Assembly (NCBI GenBank): GCA_037447605.1
Contig: CM074804.1
Location: 4,999,909 to 5,063,908, forward strand
Origin: Zygnema circumcarinatum SAG 698-1b
Taxonomy: Eukaryota > Plantae > Zygnematophyceae
Direction of reading: 5' to 3'
DNA length: 64,000 nt
Shown here piece by piece: positions 9,083 to 23,139 of the stretch. The notes beneath the pieces were generated by a model that did not search any database, was not told where the DNA came from, and saw only the letters and a list, made by a program, of their open reading frames with translations. Every line of letters begins with the position of its first letter. Within the stretch, counting starts at the first letter, position 1. The position numbers and the translations under genes were made by a program.

Positions 9083-12000
9083 TCAGCGGCCTTCATCCTC
9101 CAGGTGCTCGTATTCAAATTTGAAGTTATTCTTGATTCGTTGGCACCTGCATGAAATGCAAATAGAACTCCATTACTTGCCCATCGTAACACTCTACTTG
9201 GCAAACCTTCCGTCTGTTATGGTTTGCTGTTGTATTTGCGAGAGTGTAACATTACCTCTTGTTCCCCTAGAGTGTAACATTACCTTTGCTTTACGAAATA
9301 TGTGGATGTTCCATGGCGAAATCTCTAAATGACAGTTATGAATTAGGTCTACAGTTCGGTGTTGTCCAATTTTCTACAAAGGTCTTCATATTGGAATACA
9401 AGCACATTCTGAACTACAAGCATCGTTAAGTCGCTGAAAAACCTAATGGACTTGTTATACTTGAAACAGCGCTAAAGTTTGTTACTTACCAGCCATCTTG
9501 GCCGGACATATGCTCTTTGTTGCCGTGCAGATGGGGGTCGAAGTATACATAACTCCCTTGCTCGTACTCATCTGTCACCTCCTGTATAATCTCAACATGG
9601 CAGGCTCATTAGTACGTCTGCCGAGTAGTTATTTACTGCTCCCTATCCACCGATTCACTGTACATTCCTATGGAAGAACAAAGAGCCATCCAAGCCAAGC
9701 CATCTTCTTCAACTCAAAGAAGATGGCTGTCGTGTATGGAATTCCTGGCACACATTTGTCAAAATGTACAAGCAAGGCCTATAGCAGCAGATTAACCTAT
9801 TCCTTTACAAATAGATGTGGCTTCAGCTTACACCATGAGGCAATAGCTATATGCTGCCATACCCTTGGGGAGCTATTGCGCTGAAACCAAGTTTGATACT
9901 CCTTGTGGTATCTCCAAGACCGCTTTTTCAATTCCTTCGCTGCCAAATACTGCAGATACGAATTCTGCATGTAAACAACGACAGTCGTGGGTGAATTGCT
10001 GAAACAATCTTACCATCTTAGGATCTCGCAAGACGTATCCTTAGGGTGATCTAATCGGACTACCAATCAGCCTCAACTGCCTACGTCAACCGAAGTAAAA
10101 CATTTGTCATGTCCAGTCGCCCCTTTCCTGGAGTTTGGACAGTCAGTGCGAGCCCTCCCAGTTGTATTTCCAGACGACAGGTCTCAGTCAACTATGCCAG
10201 TGGATGCAGTTAGGACTTTCGGTCTCTGAGTGTTGGTGTATGAAACCCTGCAACTGCAGAGAGTTCAGAAATCATCCTTACCTGCTGGAAGTGGAAAGCG
10301 AAAAGTAATGCGTCAAGTCCTAGCTTCTGGAACAAGCCAGCAGCATGCTCTGGAGCAACTGGATCACTAGGCCAGCTGGCAGGCACCTTACAGGGTCTTG
10401 AAGAAACGTTCGTCATTGCTGGCCTGCGATGAATCAGTCCAACAGACATGATCAGCTGTGGCAAAATAAATCGGCACTGAAGCATTTACAAACTTCAAAC
10501 AAAGCTCTTGCTCCACTTATCATGCCTGCCACTCAAAACAATTGCTATCTAAACCGCTAGAAAAAAACAACCCTGAATTAACGGATTTTGACTGGTTCAG
10601 CCAGAGGCTGCAGACTCTGATAGTAGATGCCGGGACCTGATTGCGCCATACCTGGACTGAATGTCCTTCTCCAGTTGTTTGAACCCACTCGATAACTCCT
10701 GCATTGCTAGTTCAGGACTTGAAAAGGGAACGCCATCCTGCATGCTATCTCCTAAATTCCCGTGTTCCGAAGGAGCCCACTCGGCTGAAAATGAGTTTAA
10801 TTGAGTTGCAGTAGAGGTTGGTAAGGCTGGGCTATGCGGCGGAGGTTGCTCAGGGACTGGTGATGTAGGACCAAAGGTCGGGCTTCCAGACTGATTTGCA
10901 GGCCTAGCAGTCTGGCTCCAGTTGCCACTCCATTGAACGCTGGATAGTCCAGACGTGCAACCTGGCACAGGACGCTAAGAAATGAGAATGCCTTCTCCTC
11001 GTCTAGCGCTTCAAAATGTTCCCCAGCTATTCTATTTCCTCGTCTACTGCTTTGAGATCAACCTCGATTGTTTTCTTTCAATACTGCTCTTTTTCTATTC
11101 TTGGTAAGCTCTCTATTTTTTCCTGACCTGTAACCTTGTCAATTAGATAATGCTGAACATATACGGAGTCAGAAATTTCCAAACAGGTACTTTAACATGA
11201 GAAGCACATTGAGCTGACCTGCTCCTGGTACCATGCCTCCTCGTCCTGACATTTGCTCTCCAATGTACAGCCCTCCACTAGTGGATGCATGAGTCGTCGG
11301 ATTCCAACCAGCGGATGCAGGGGGCTGCAAACGCTGCCACATGGCTAATCTATGTGATGTTGGTTGAAGTGGTTGTGCTGGCTTCGACATAGGCTGGTCT
11401 GCAAGTTGCCCTGTCCAGGTTAAGTTGTCCGTATTAATAGAAAGCGAGGACTGTCCTTGCTGAAGACGACGTTTTTCAATATCTTGGTCAAACAATGTCC
11501 ATGTCTCAGACATCATGGGGGAATGCGGAACTTGCACATTAGCTGGCCTCCAGGATGGTCCTTGTGTTTGCAAGGTGGAAGTTGGCGTTTCCAGAGGTGG
11601 TTGTTCGTTTCGACGTTGCTGCTCGGAGAAGTCGGAGTGCTCAAATGTTGAAGCTGAAGAATGGCTGCTCGAGGGGCGACTCGTCTCTTGGAAAATAAAC
11701 GTGTCCTCATAATCGAGTTGGTCTGGCAACCCTGTTGTATCAGGCGTCCCGATGTCTACCTTTGTGTCTTCCACTCTCCTTCCTGATCCAGAGCATCAGA
11801 ATAAAAGGAAGCATACTGGGGAAACTTCAGTAACATGGTGTCAGCTATCTTGTCTATGCCGTGTGCGCTTAGAGAGCTGAGCAACCAGATCGTCCTAATG
11901 ATTTGAAGGAGTGGAAGTGTCAAAACCATTGGATGCAGGAAGCTGAACCAGAAACATTTGATTTTCTCCTATAAAAAGTAAGCGATCTGCTTAACTTTGT

Positions 12001-15000
12001 ATGAAGGCTCATGAGTCACAAACCTGTATCTCTTAAGGTAGTTGAAGCTGCTTTAGAGCGTTTGCTCAGGTCCTCAATTGTTCCCACTTCATGTAGCACC
12101 ACGTCAAAAGTTTCCTTGTCTTTTTCTAATTCTTCGGACACACCAGTGTCGAGGATGGCTTTTGAAGGTGTCTGAGCAACATGGTAGCAAACATCATATA
12201 AACACTAGTACGGCTATCAAGCGTCGATTTCAATCCGCAGAACAGGTTTGTCAGCAAGTCACTGTAGCATCTCCAAGAGGAAATTTTCCTAGCTTTTATT
12301 GATTCAGTTGACTTTTGCAAGTGAATAAGGAAAAGTTTGGAATAAGTATTGGGAAGTATACACACAGCATGTAGTGCAGGTACAGAATATGTAGTGAGGC
12401 GCGGGTCCAACTCACCTCCTCTGAATTTTTTTTGGCATCCTTGACAGCTGGCTCATTCTGAGTCCGGTTGTACGACTGGAGTCGTTCCTCCCCATTCATC
12501 TTGTCCTCCTCATATGACTCGTTTTTACTTTGTATCGCAAGCACCCTCCTGCATCCTTGTGCAGTTCCCCTCACCACAAGGATTTTCCGCGAAGGGGCCT
12601 CGTCTGGAGAACTAAGCCTGTCTACAGCACGGTCTTTGTCAATGGCTCCTGGAAGGTTTTTACCATCTAGGCTCAAGACAGAGTCGTTGGCTAAAAGGCT
12701 GGTACTTTTTGCACCAGTTTTTAGGATGTGTGAAAGTAGCGGTTTCGGTTGTGGTGCTGACTGGCTGCCTGCGATTGGTGGCATTGTTGGTATGGGCCCT
12801 GTACTGGACACGCTCTTCTCATCATTCTCTCTCTCACTCGAGACACATTCCTTCAGACTTTTAGTTGAATCATCTGTTGAGCTGGTGGCAGTTTCCTTGT
12901 CAGGAGACGATGTCTGAGCTGTGGAAGCATTTTGATCTGGTGAAGGCCATGTTCTCAGAGCCTGGCCTACTTCTAAAGCACCTTGCTTAGCCACATCTGA
13001 CCGTCCTGAAAGACCATCTCTTGTTTGGAGCACCTGGTTATGCTCTTGAGTTGCACACGTACTTCCTCCATGTGACGTTGCTTTGGCAGCGCTCAGCGGA
13101 CTTTGTGCACGTATCTGGGATGCATTACCAGACTGTCTTTCATGATTTGCGGAACCTGGGGGCTTGGCTGCTAACCCTGGTTTGGAGTCGTCGACAGCAG
13201 GCGAAGGAAACGCGAGTGTTGGAGGTCCACTAGCCACATTTGCGGCTGTACTCATCACATTTGGAGAAGATATACGTCGTCCTATGCCATATCAAGCAGC
13301 ATGTTGTCGTTAGTAATAGTGAATACCGCATACGGACAGAGGATACTCAAAGCATTGCTTTCAGAAGAAGTGTATCTTTCCTTCCATCAAGCAAAACACA
13401 CCCCTTAGTGAGAAGCATGTGACCTTGCATGACGCTATAGCAACGATTCTCTAAAAACGACGTGGGCTCAGATCACTTCAAGATGTGCACAGCACAGGGT
13501 GGTCAGACCAGTTTGGTCTTCTTGATGAATCAACCAACGTTTCTAGCATGCAGTTGCTGTATAACTGAATGGACATGGGAGCTTACTTCGAATAGTCCAT
13601 CACGTATCAAGACATTGACAGTGTGTGAGAGCTGTGAATGTGATCGCGGAGTTAATTTATGTCATTAAGCAGCCGTAACGCTTTTGTGCTTTCTGAACTA
13701 ATGAGAAGTTTCCTAGCCATTATACTATGAGCGTAGGGATGTGAAGGGCACCTTTTGTATTTTGTTGTACACTTGACGCATCTCCTGTAGCGGGGAAGTC
13801 CTGTCCAGGATATTCAGGAAAAACCAACTCCACTCTCAATCATTGAGAAATGCATAAGCATGAAGTCTTTAGCTCACAAGTTCTTCTGCACGACTTGGGA
13901 CAGAGCGTGGCCATGAGAGGAGTCTACAGGAATCGGTTCGACAATGCGAAAAAGTCTCCAAACTGAAGGATTCGATGCGGGCTCAGCCAAATCTCCTCGT
14001 CTGCATCTAGCAGTCAAAAAACACCTAAAGCCACGATTGGGCTTCATGTGTTTGAATAGCATTCTGATGATTGTGAGGAAGATGATGTGTGTTGACGATG
14101 GTTACAATGATGGTTATGCGTACCTTGTCGGGAGTTGTAGGGCGAGTGACATTCTTTGGGCTAGCAGAAGCATCTGGAGCTTTGTCTTTCAAGGAGGTTG
14201 CAGCTGCCATCAATGACACTGAATGACACTGTCACTTTGTCAATCGTTCAGAAAATCAGCTTTCTCTGAGACAATTCAGTCCTCAGGAATAAGGGAATGG
14301 TGACCAAAATGACCGTGACCTATATTTAGACCTATATTGAAAACGCTAAGCGCAGTCCGTCGGCGGAGAAGGTTAAGTGAGCGCACCAGAATGCACCACA
14401 CTCAGTTCTTCACCAACTTTATGATCGAGTTTGTGAAAAGGCATGTCGTCATAAATGCTGTCATCAATTGCCTCGTCGATCTCCTTTTTCTGAACAAAGT
14501 AAAAGGATACAAGATGAATCAAACTGACGGTTGGACAGATGGATGCGATGTTTCCAGGGTACTAACAAATTTGTCCATACCAATCTTAACAACGAAAACT
14601 GAATTGCATTGCCTACCTTGTCAGAGCCAAACAAAGCAAGTTAACAATTACTGCTCCCATATATAAGTTATGCAAGTACACGCAATTCTCTTCCTGTGTA
14701 CTACACACATTCTCCACTATGCTTACCTGATGCTGGTCGATGTAGTACTCCAGCGACTCCCTAATTCCATCCACATCTTCAGGTGTGATTTCGTCATTCT
14801 CCAGGAGCCTGTGAACCTGCATGACAGCGAGAAAAGCATTAGTTACCACAACATAGTGCAGCATTTTACAGTAGAATGAAGGGACTGAATAATGGATGGC
14901 GAGGAGGTATGATACGCGAAATGGACAAAAAGGTGAAAAGTCTCGGACTGCTCCAGGAAGGCATCTATTATCGCGGCACTGCGAAAATGCATCGAAGACA

Positions 15001-17318
15001 GGGATGAAAAGGGTGAAATCGAAATTTTAGAAAATAAGGACCTCAATGTTGTATTGCAACATGCACAGTCATGCGTGCGCCACTAAAATCTGCATTGTGA
15101 TCCGTTCGTCTTAGGTGAGGTTTCGCTCACCACTTTAACGACAATATCGATTCTAGCGATCTTACTTGACAACTTCCTCTGTTGCATCAGTACATTATTT
15201 TCAAATTTCATAGATGCTTATTAACAATGCATCGATAACATTTCAACTTATTAGTCGCCACCAACAACCTTTACTTATTCAGCAAAGAGTAGCGGACGTT
15301 CATTGTTTGAGTGCTCAACAGGAGGAGGCACGAACCTGTTCCAGCTTCGTCCTATGCCATTTGTGCTGCAACCCCCCAGTGCCCAGGTAATGTGCATCAA
15401 AGCTGTGATGAAGCAACCGGCCTCGCTTTACAGAGGAACGCTGGAACATCCGCACAACTTTCCACCAGATATCGAGAGTCTACATGTATGGGTTACCTAA
15501 AGTCATGCGGGATAAAGACTAAAGTTTGCAAACCTTCTGGATTTGAACCTCAAGATTCAACACCTGGGCCGGAACTTTCTTTGTACTCCTTCCTGCGGTG
15601 CAAGTTACCCACATAGTTATTTTACTTATCCATACGAATTGTAATTCGTCCTGAAATAGAGCACGGAATAACAATGGACCCAAACGTGAAAAAAACGATG
15701 GGACGTCTTCAAGTCCCTCAATGAACAAAGGGTTATTGAAATTGTAGCTTGAAAATCATCACACCTGATGTAAGTCTTTCGACATCCGCCTCACAGTCAT
15801 CCACTAGCAGTTGTAAGCTGTCTAAAATCTGCATAATGTCACAAAATACTCAGCACAAATGAGTGCAGCTATGATCGTTACGACTGTGGGAATTGATATG
15901 CTTTTGAATAATTTTAGCTGTATCCGCCTGTGCACAAACCAAAAAGAATACAAACTGATTAGTCGGTCGTTGTATGACAGGCAGAAATTACAAAAAGTGA
16001 ATATACCTTGTTCAAAAAGTTGGCTGCGTCAGCCTTTGCCTGCTCTTGAGGATCCACTTTTGGCTGCATAATCGCAACATAACCTAGTCAGCACAAAACA
16101 GGAACATCCATACATGTGAATAACTTCACGAAGGCAACAGGAAAACGAGTTATGGAAAACTCTAGTTTAATGCATGGTCTTCGAGGATCGTTAGCACGTG
16201 ATTATCCTCGTGCTGGGAGAATATTCAAGCTGTGCTCACTGTCCGATTTGAACGCCGTGTCTGTTAACTGATGTAAATTCCGTGAGAGGAACAAAGTAAA
16301 CGGATTCCAAAAGCTGAAGACCAAGTAACTTGGATGCTCGTCTAAACCGACTCCAATGCAGCATGTAAATTGTTTAAAAGTGAGAAGGTAACTGTTAGAG
16401 AAGAAGGAAAGGTTTGCTTCACCTGTTGAACCAGTCCTTCTTTGGAAAAAGCCTTGATTTTGGAAGCCTTTTCAAACTGTTTGAAACGTTCCATCTCGAA
16501 TTCTATCTGCCTGCGTGCGGCTTCCAAATCTTCTTGAAAAGCTTTCGCCTCCTGAGTTGCTAGCCAAGTCCTGATTTGGTCTCTGTCCCTGGAAAAGACA
16601 TGCAAAACCAACGTAAGCGTACATCCTGTTGCGTAAATCAAGCATTCAGCAAGAACTTGATTTATGCCTTCCAGTAAGATTCCTTCAGCGAAGTGACATT
16701 CAGTATTGATAGCGTCAATAGAGACTCATTTTTTTTGGCTGTGTTCCTGGTCAGGAATTTATAGTTACCGGGGAATATGATTCATGAAAAGGAGGCTGGA
16801 AGAGCAGGAAAGCAATTAATTTGTACCTCTGAAGTCGTTTTAGCTCCTTCTTAAGTTCACCTTCAAATTTATCTCGCTTGGTTGCCTGCACGCGTCAGAT
16901 AGAATCTAATATTCACGTTAAGAAGAATCATTTCCTATTTCTTATATACGATGAACTCCTTGAGAAATCACAGAGGTTAGATTATCCCAAATAACCTAGG
17001 CGCCGCACCTTTCTCGCGTGAGGTTGCAGCAAGCTCAAGCCATCGGGTTTAAGAAATCATGCAGTATCATTCCTCCGACATCCAAGATTCATGGCGCATT
17101 CAACCGCTTTTAAAAAAATCACAAGTAACTCTGAATAAAGGAGGCTTCTCCAATTTGCAGGCCACCTACACATCCTCCCAAAAACCAGAACAGCTACAAA
17201 AACTCACATCCAGCGCCTCATCCATTTTCTTCCAGGTGATGTCGAATTCCTCAAGTGAAGTTTGGACTTTCTTCAATGTCCTTTCTATCTCCATCTGCAA
17301 TCTTCTTGTTGCGGCCAT
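9083..17318 (-). CDS. NOT3: CCR4-NOT complex subunit NOT3-like protein (multi-exon, divergent)
   Basis: N-terminal exons MAATRRLQMEIERTLKKVQ.., ATKRDKFEGELKKELKRLQR, DRDQIRTW.., EMERFKQFEKASKIKAFSKEGL, LLENDEITPEDV..YIDQHQ. Long S/Q/P-rich middle exons (ORFs 12296-13258, 11169-11774, 10597-10968). C-terminal NOT box LDALLFAFHFQQ|NSYLQYLAAKELKKRSWRYHKEYQTWFQR..|EVTDEYEQGSYVYFD..GW|CQRIKNNFKFEYEHLEDEGR*. Confidence 0.92.
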
Positions 17319-18215
17319 GATTGCGGTGAATAAACTCTGACAAAAACGCGGCAGCAACGCCTCAGCCTACCTCCTGAGCCAACCCCGATTCAAAATTCTT
17401 CCGCAAATATCTCTCCAGAAAAATAAAACGAATGAAACACAGCAGAACAGGTCGACACGTTCCTGCGGATGCAGCACGCACGCAGAGGGCGAGGGCGCGT
17501 GTGCATGGCGGGCGGGGCGGGAGGGGTTTGAAAGGCGCGCAGTGCGGCTCCCCGCCGGCCCGACTTGCGTTCGTTCGTACGTACGTACGTGCGTACGGCA
17601 GCAGGTCCATGTGCGGCCGTTTGCGGTTGCAGGCTACAGGATCCGTCCGTGCACGGCTCGGCCCCGTGATGCCCAACTGCACGCTGACGGGGGACGTTGC
17701 CGCGGCCAGCGCCCCCGGACAGTGCGAGGCCGCCTGGAATGAAACCGTCGCTTCGAACCATGTGATGGGATGTGAAGCACAATGACATGCGAATGAGCAG
17801 CATTGCACACAAGTCGTTGGTTAAGACTTGCAACTCAAACAATCACCACTTACTCAGTAGTGCAAGGCGTCGATTGCACTTCAGAAGGTAAGGAAGAGTA
17901 CATTTACGCCATGTCAAAGCATGCGAAAATCTAAGGCTAAACTTATCTACAAGGAACACGAAGCTATGCACAAATAAATTGGCAAGTATGTCTTCAGGGC
18001 CTTCTATGTACAACAAACGGTCTATACAGCAAAGCGGCTATGCCTGCCTCGCTAGCCTTCCGAACTCTTCTACATGAAGCACACGAGACCATTTTATGAA
18101 CAAATAAACGCAATGCCAGTGACCAACGAGGGGAATTTGATCCCGTCCAATTACACTTCTACATCTGTACCCCCCCCGGTGATCAGATTTTACATGTCAT
18201 GATCGCCATTACCAC

Positions 18216-21200
18216 TCAGACCACTTGTGGCAGGCCAAAACTCGGAGGTGGAGCCCATTCTGGCAGCGAGCTCAGAGGAACCGGCGGATCAAAGATGCGG
18301 TTGCTTATTGCCTCCTCCAAGTCTTCCTTCTCCACCATGAGGAAGGCGTCACCCTCATCGAAGAGGTTGCTTTTACTCGACAGTGGTTCAAGAACCTGCC
18401 AAGAAATCCACTTTCTGGATCACTTAACAGCATTTTCCATGCTCCATGCCACAAGTCAATAGCATCTTCCTCATCCAAAGTAGAACAGTTTTCCGGCAAG
18501 GTTTCAGAGTGCCATTGCATCAAAGAAAAAGGGGACTCACATCAAAATTGTTCGAGTGGTTGAAGCAGGTGCGCTTGAGGGCAGAGGCCAATGATGAAGC
18601 TAGGCCTGCCCCTGCAAGTGCTCCCAGTGCAACCCCTGTGTAACTTCCAATCTCCAGTCCAGCTGTTCCCAGACCCAACACAACGTTTGCCTCAGTAATC
18701 CCTTGTAAGGAATGGAAGCCCTTTGAACAAAATCTTTCTCTGGCAACATTTTAAAGTCAGCACACTGAAGTTTCAGACAACGGCCTTACACCCATAGGAT
18801 GCAAACCGCTAGGTACCTTTTGTATCTTTATGCAATTTGGTCGCAAAAAAACCACATGAGCTACAGTGCTATGAGAAAATCAGGACAGCAACTCTTCAGA
18901 AAAGTACTTGCTTTGGTTTGCTGAATAATCACAAAGTACACCTTACAAGATTTCCATCACAAGTTCAATGAACCATAGTAGCATATTTGAAATGCCTACA
19001 CAAACGCAGTGTCTGTTCGCATGACATTACGGTTTAAACAATATTGATTACAAAAGCCAAGTAGTTGAACACCTTACCGACTGAAAAGACGAGAGGACTT
19101 GCAAAGGGACCGCCAACGACACCTCCAGCTGTGGCTCCGACCAGGGTACTCACAACGATGGTTTTATTCAGCCACCTGCCTGGCTCTACCAAGCGCCTCT
19201 CAGGAGGCTGCTGCACATTCACTAGGCTCCATTTGTCAGGCTTCTCGATTTCAAAGTATTCAGTTTGTTCCAACTGATCCAACTGCGTCATTTCCAGTGA
19301 TCTCTTCCAACATCGAGCCGGACCCAATCCTACATCTGTACAAGATCCGGCGAAGGAGAAACTCAATTGATGAGCTCCAACAGAGAACAGCAAAGCTGGT
19401 TGCAGGGAATACAGCCAACCCCACTGCGAAGTACAGGAAGAAGTCAAGCTAGTCAATGAATAATCAGGGGTGACTTCACGGAATAGACTTCGTATGGACG
19501 GTGTAGGAGGTGTGGGAGTAAAACCGAGTTCAGTTGCTACATCCTTTGAAGTTGAATACTTCGGCAACAAGCTCTCCCCTCCTCGAAGAATATGGTGTGC
19601 TTGGCAGTTGCAGCTGATGGGAATAAGGGCTTCTTTACCGATCAAATGTCCATATTCTTCGGGAAACGGCTCACTAAGAACATCATCAATATCTTCCAGC
19701 TGGGAAGAACTTAAAATTGTGTCACCTACCAGGGGGCAGAGATTTCCGCTCCTTGAATCATTCAAATCTGCGAATGTCACTTGTGAGCACTCAGTTTTCG
19801 GTAGAACTTGAAGCACTTGCAGGAGTTCACCATTTGCCTCCACTACTGTCACCCCTTGTCTTTCGCTGACAGCTGAATCATCCTCCCATGGTTGTTCGGC
19901 CTTGAGCTCATTGGCAGGAATAAGAGCCCATGTGCTCATTGTAGGATCAGTATCGAGCTGAAATGAACCATTGGCTATATTACTCGGGGATGAATTCACC
20001 ACTTGCACTGCTTCGTCAAATGCTTTAGTTACGACTGCCTGCACCTGCGATTCTTCAAATTCGTCGGGTGCGAGGTGCTCATGCGAAACACTTATCTCGT
20101 CATTGTATTGAAACAATGACCCGTTGCCATCAGAACTCAGTCCATCCAACAGAAAGAGATCATTCTCTGTGGTTGATCCAGCCTTTGCTTCCCAAAATCC
20201 CTGTGATCCTGAACTAATTTCTGCCGCTAACTTTAGCTTACCCGTACTAGCAACACTATGAGAGTCTGTCTCTGTGTTCTCTGCGCATGGAATCTCGTCT
20301 TGGCTTGAGTCAGTGACCTTCATCAAACTTTCACCTTGCGGGAATACCATACTGCATTCACGGTTATCTTCAAAGGAACAGCCATCCCTTCCTGAAACGT
20401 GACCGGTAGCTTCACCTACACCTGAAGTTACGTGCTTATATACAACATTGGCTGACCCAGGGCCTCCTTCAACTCTCTTATCCTCATTGCCTTCTCTGCA
20501 AAAGCAATTTGAATTGATCTGCAAGTTAACCGCTGTGGCGTTATCACTTTGCGGCATGGAAGAAATTTCTTCGCTTTCAATATCACAGAGGCAGAAACTG
20601 ATGTCAAGAGCAGAAGCAAAGCCTTCAGCATCGAAGCCATCTAGTTGTTGAAGAGCATCACAACTCTCTGACATGCTTTCAGCATCATGGCAATCGATTG
20701 GTCGAGGGCTCTCAGCACAACGTTGGTTTGATGACCCGGCCACCTCTGAATCAACTTCTGAAGTCGCCAAACAGCACATTGTAGCCTCGCCTCCTTCCAC
20801 AACCGAAGCACTGCCCATCACCCTGCTTTCGAGGGAGGCAATACACCCATTATCTTCTATCATCCCTACCTCACAGGCAATTCCAGTTTCTGTTTCGCTC
20901 GCCAACAATTTTGCAGACCGAAGGGCATAATCCAAGGACTTGTTCACCTCAATCTCCCCTTGCGTTACTGGAACAACATGCCCATTTTCTAATGCCGTGT
21001 TGGCGGTGTGAAGTGAACCGTTATCATGGAATTCAGATTGCTTGCTTTCCTGCAATGTGACTATAGGCATTGCCTCAGTAGACAATTGAGCAGATGCTCG
21101 CATAACATTGGAAAATGTCCACCAACGACCCTGACACCAAGAAGCGTTGGAAGGAGCCTGGTCTGATACATTCCCATGAGTAGCTTCGACTTTAGCCGGA

Positions 21201-21970
21201 TTTTCAAAGGGTGGCACCTGGTCCAAATCTAGGTTTCCGCGGCTTTCAAATTGCTCTAACTGACCCACATTATCAGAGTCGGATTGTAATGCATTGTCAA
21301 TGCTGTTAGGTCGCAGGCGATCCGATACATCTTCAAGCTTTCCGATATCACTGATTTCACCAAAGCTGGCATCGTCCAGAAAGCTTGCATCATCATCAAA
21401 ACTGATATCTTGTGAGTTACTACAATCCTGCTGCTTCAACTTATCCTTACAACCGTTTGTACGAATGTGAGTTCGTTCTGCTGCATCCTCAATTCTTTCT
21501 TCTCTGTTCTCAGGGCTGCCACTCATAGACTTCATAGAGGATGCAACTGTAGCTAGGCGGGTAGTAACCATAGCCCCAACTGATAGAGTAGTGCCAATAT
21601 CTCCAAGAGTGAACCAACCAAAACCTGAGGCATTTCCTAGCCCAGACTGCTTCAACTTAGTGGCACGGGGGCTCCGCGGAAGGCTGCCATCCACCCGCTC
21701 CTCCACAGCGCAGCCCGTCTTCCCGTATGTATCATCTGAATCGGCATTCCCTTCAGTCTCGAGCAAAAGAGGCCTATGTACATCATGCTCAACCTCATCA
21801 GCATCCTCATCTGCGAATTGCGTTGATAAAGGCTGCAACCTTCCCTGCGATGGAGCATGCTCTCCATCGACATCCTTATAGCAAGCATCTCCCACAGAAT
21901 GGTTGCCAGACTGTTTCTCGATCTCGTCCATGTCAGGCTTCAACGAATTTGCCTCAAGGACAGGCTCCAT
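18216..21970 (-). CDS. Uncharacterised ~1,100-aa protein: one 2.9-kb exon encoding an acidic, Ser-rich disordered region, then glycine-zipper-like hydrophobic segments and a short tail
   Basis: 978-codon open frame 19034-21970 ending in IVVSTLVGATAGGVVGGPFASPLVFSVGK. Probable next exon (~18543-18740) reads NVVLGLGTAGLEIGSYTGVALGALAGAGLASSLA; probable last exon reads VLEPLSSKSNLFDEGDAFLMVEKEDLEEAIS..PQVV* (stop 18216-18218). The 3' exon structure is less certain than the long exon. Confidence 0.7.
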
Positions 21971-22288
21971 TGCTCAATCCCACTGACCTTCAGTACAGAG
22001 ACTCTTTTCAACGCCTGACTCAACCATCTAGCAATCTGTGGGAACGTGCCCTCCCTACGACGGCTGGCTGAAATTGTCCCGCGCTCCTCCCACTAAGTTT
22101 TCAGATAGGGAAAGGCTCGCAGGGTCTGAGGCTCTGAGCGCAAACCCTAACCTCGGGCCAGGCCAGGCCGTGTCCTCCACTTCGCCAAACACCTCCGCTC
22201 CGCAGGAAGACTGGCCGCTCGTTTCTTGCGAGTACCGTACGGTACCTGAGGCTCCGTACCATATCCTCGTTTGCGGTACTGTACTGTA

Positions 22289-23135
22289 CAGTAGGGGGCC
22301 CTCATATTTTCCACCCTGGTTTTGGCCAATATGAGGCGAAAATATTGATTTTGCACATATAAGGTTCGTGTTACCAATAGACGGGCGGTATTATGTTAGA
22401 GTTCATGTTGTTCCTTACGTATCGTACCGTATGATATCATACCGTATCGTTCTGTATCGTTTAGAATCGTATCGTATCGTGCCATATCGTGACGCATAAA
22501 CGTAGTTTTCCGCTTTGTTCGTCTCAGCTCGTACGGCTCGTACGGATAATACCCTGTCGGGGCGTTTCGTATCGTATCTTATCGTATCGAAGCCAAGATG
22601 AAGGGGAGAAGAGCGAGCGCCTCTTGCGGCGGCACGTGCGGGGAGATTGGGTGACTTCTGCGTAAGCCCGTAACGGCTAGTACAGCTAGTACGGCTACAG
22701 TGGGGGGTCCTCATATTTTCCACCCTGTACAGTGCGCTCCCAAGAAATTCGCCCCGATTTTGCCGAAACCACCTTTTTGTACGGTAACTCTGTGTTACCC
22801 GTACTATTTGTACTATTCGTATTATTCGTACTGTCCGTACTTGTTGTACTAGCCGTTACGGGCTTAAGCAAAACAAACCGAATCTTCCCGCAAGTGCCGC
22901 CGTAAGAGGCGCTCGCTCCTCTCCCCTTCATCTTGGCTTCGATACGGCACAATACGATACGATACTACACGATACGTTACGATACGTTACGGTATTAGAC
23001 GATACGATGTGTACGAACAAACATGAACTCTAACATAACACCGCCCGCCTATTGGTAACACGAACCTTATATTTGCAAAATCAATATTTTCGCCCCTTTT
23101 TGGCCAATACCATGGCGAAAATATGAGGACCCCTG
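22289..23135. mobile_element. Non-autonomous foldback element/MITE, TA-flanked (Tc1/mariner/pogo-like ends)
   Basis: ~115-bp outer inverted repeats (about 22295-22410 vs 23020-23135), (CGTAT)n/(ATACG)n tracts, and ~100-bp inner inverted repeats (about 22585-22685 vs 22845-22945). Ends read TA|CAGTAGGGGGCCCTCATATTTT ... AAAATATGAGGACCCCTG|TA. Confidence 0.8.
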
Positions 23136-23139
23136 TAGC

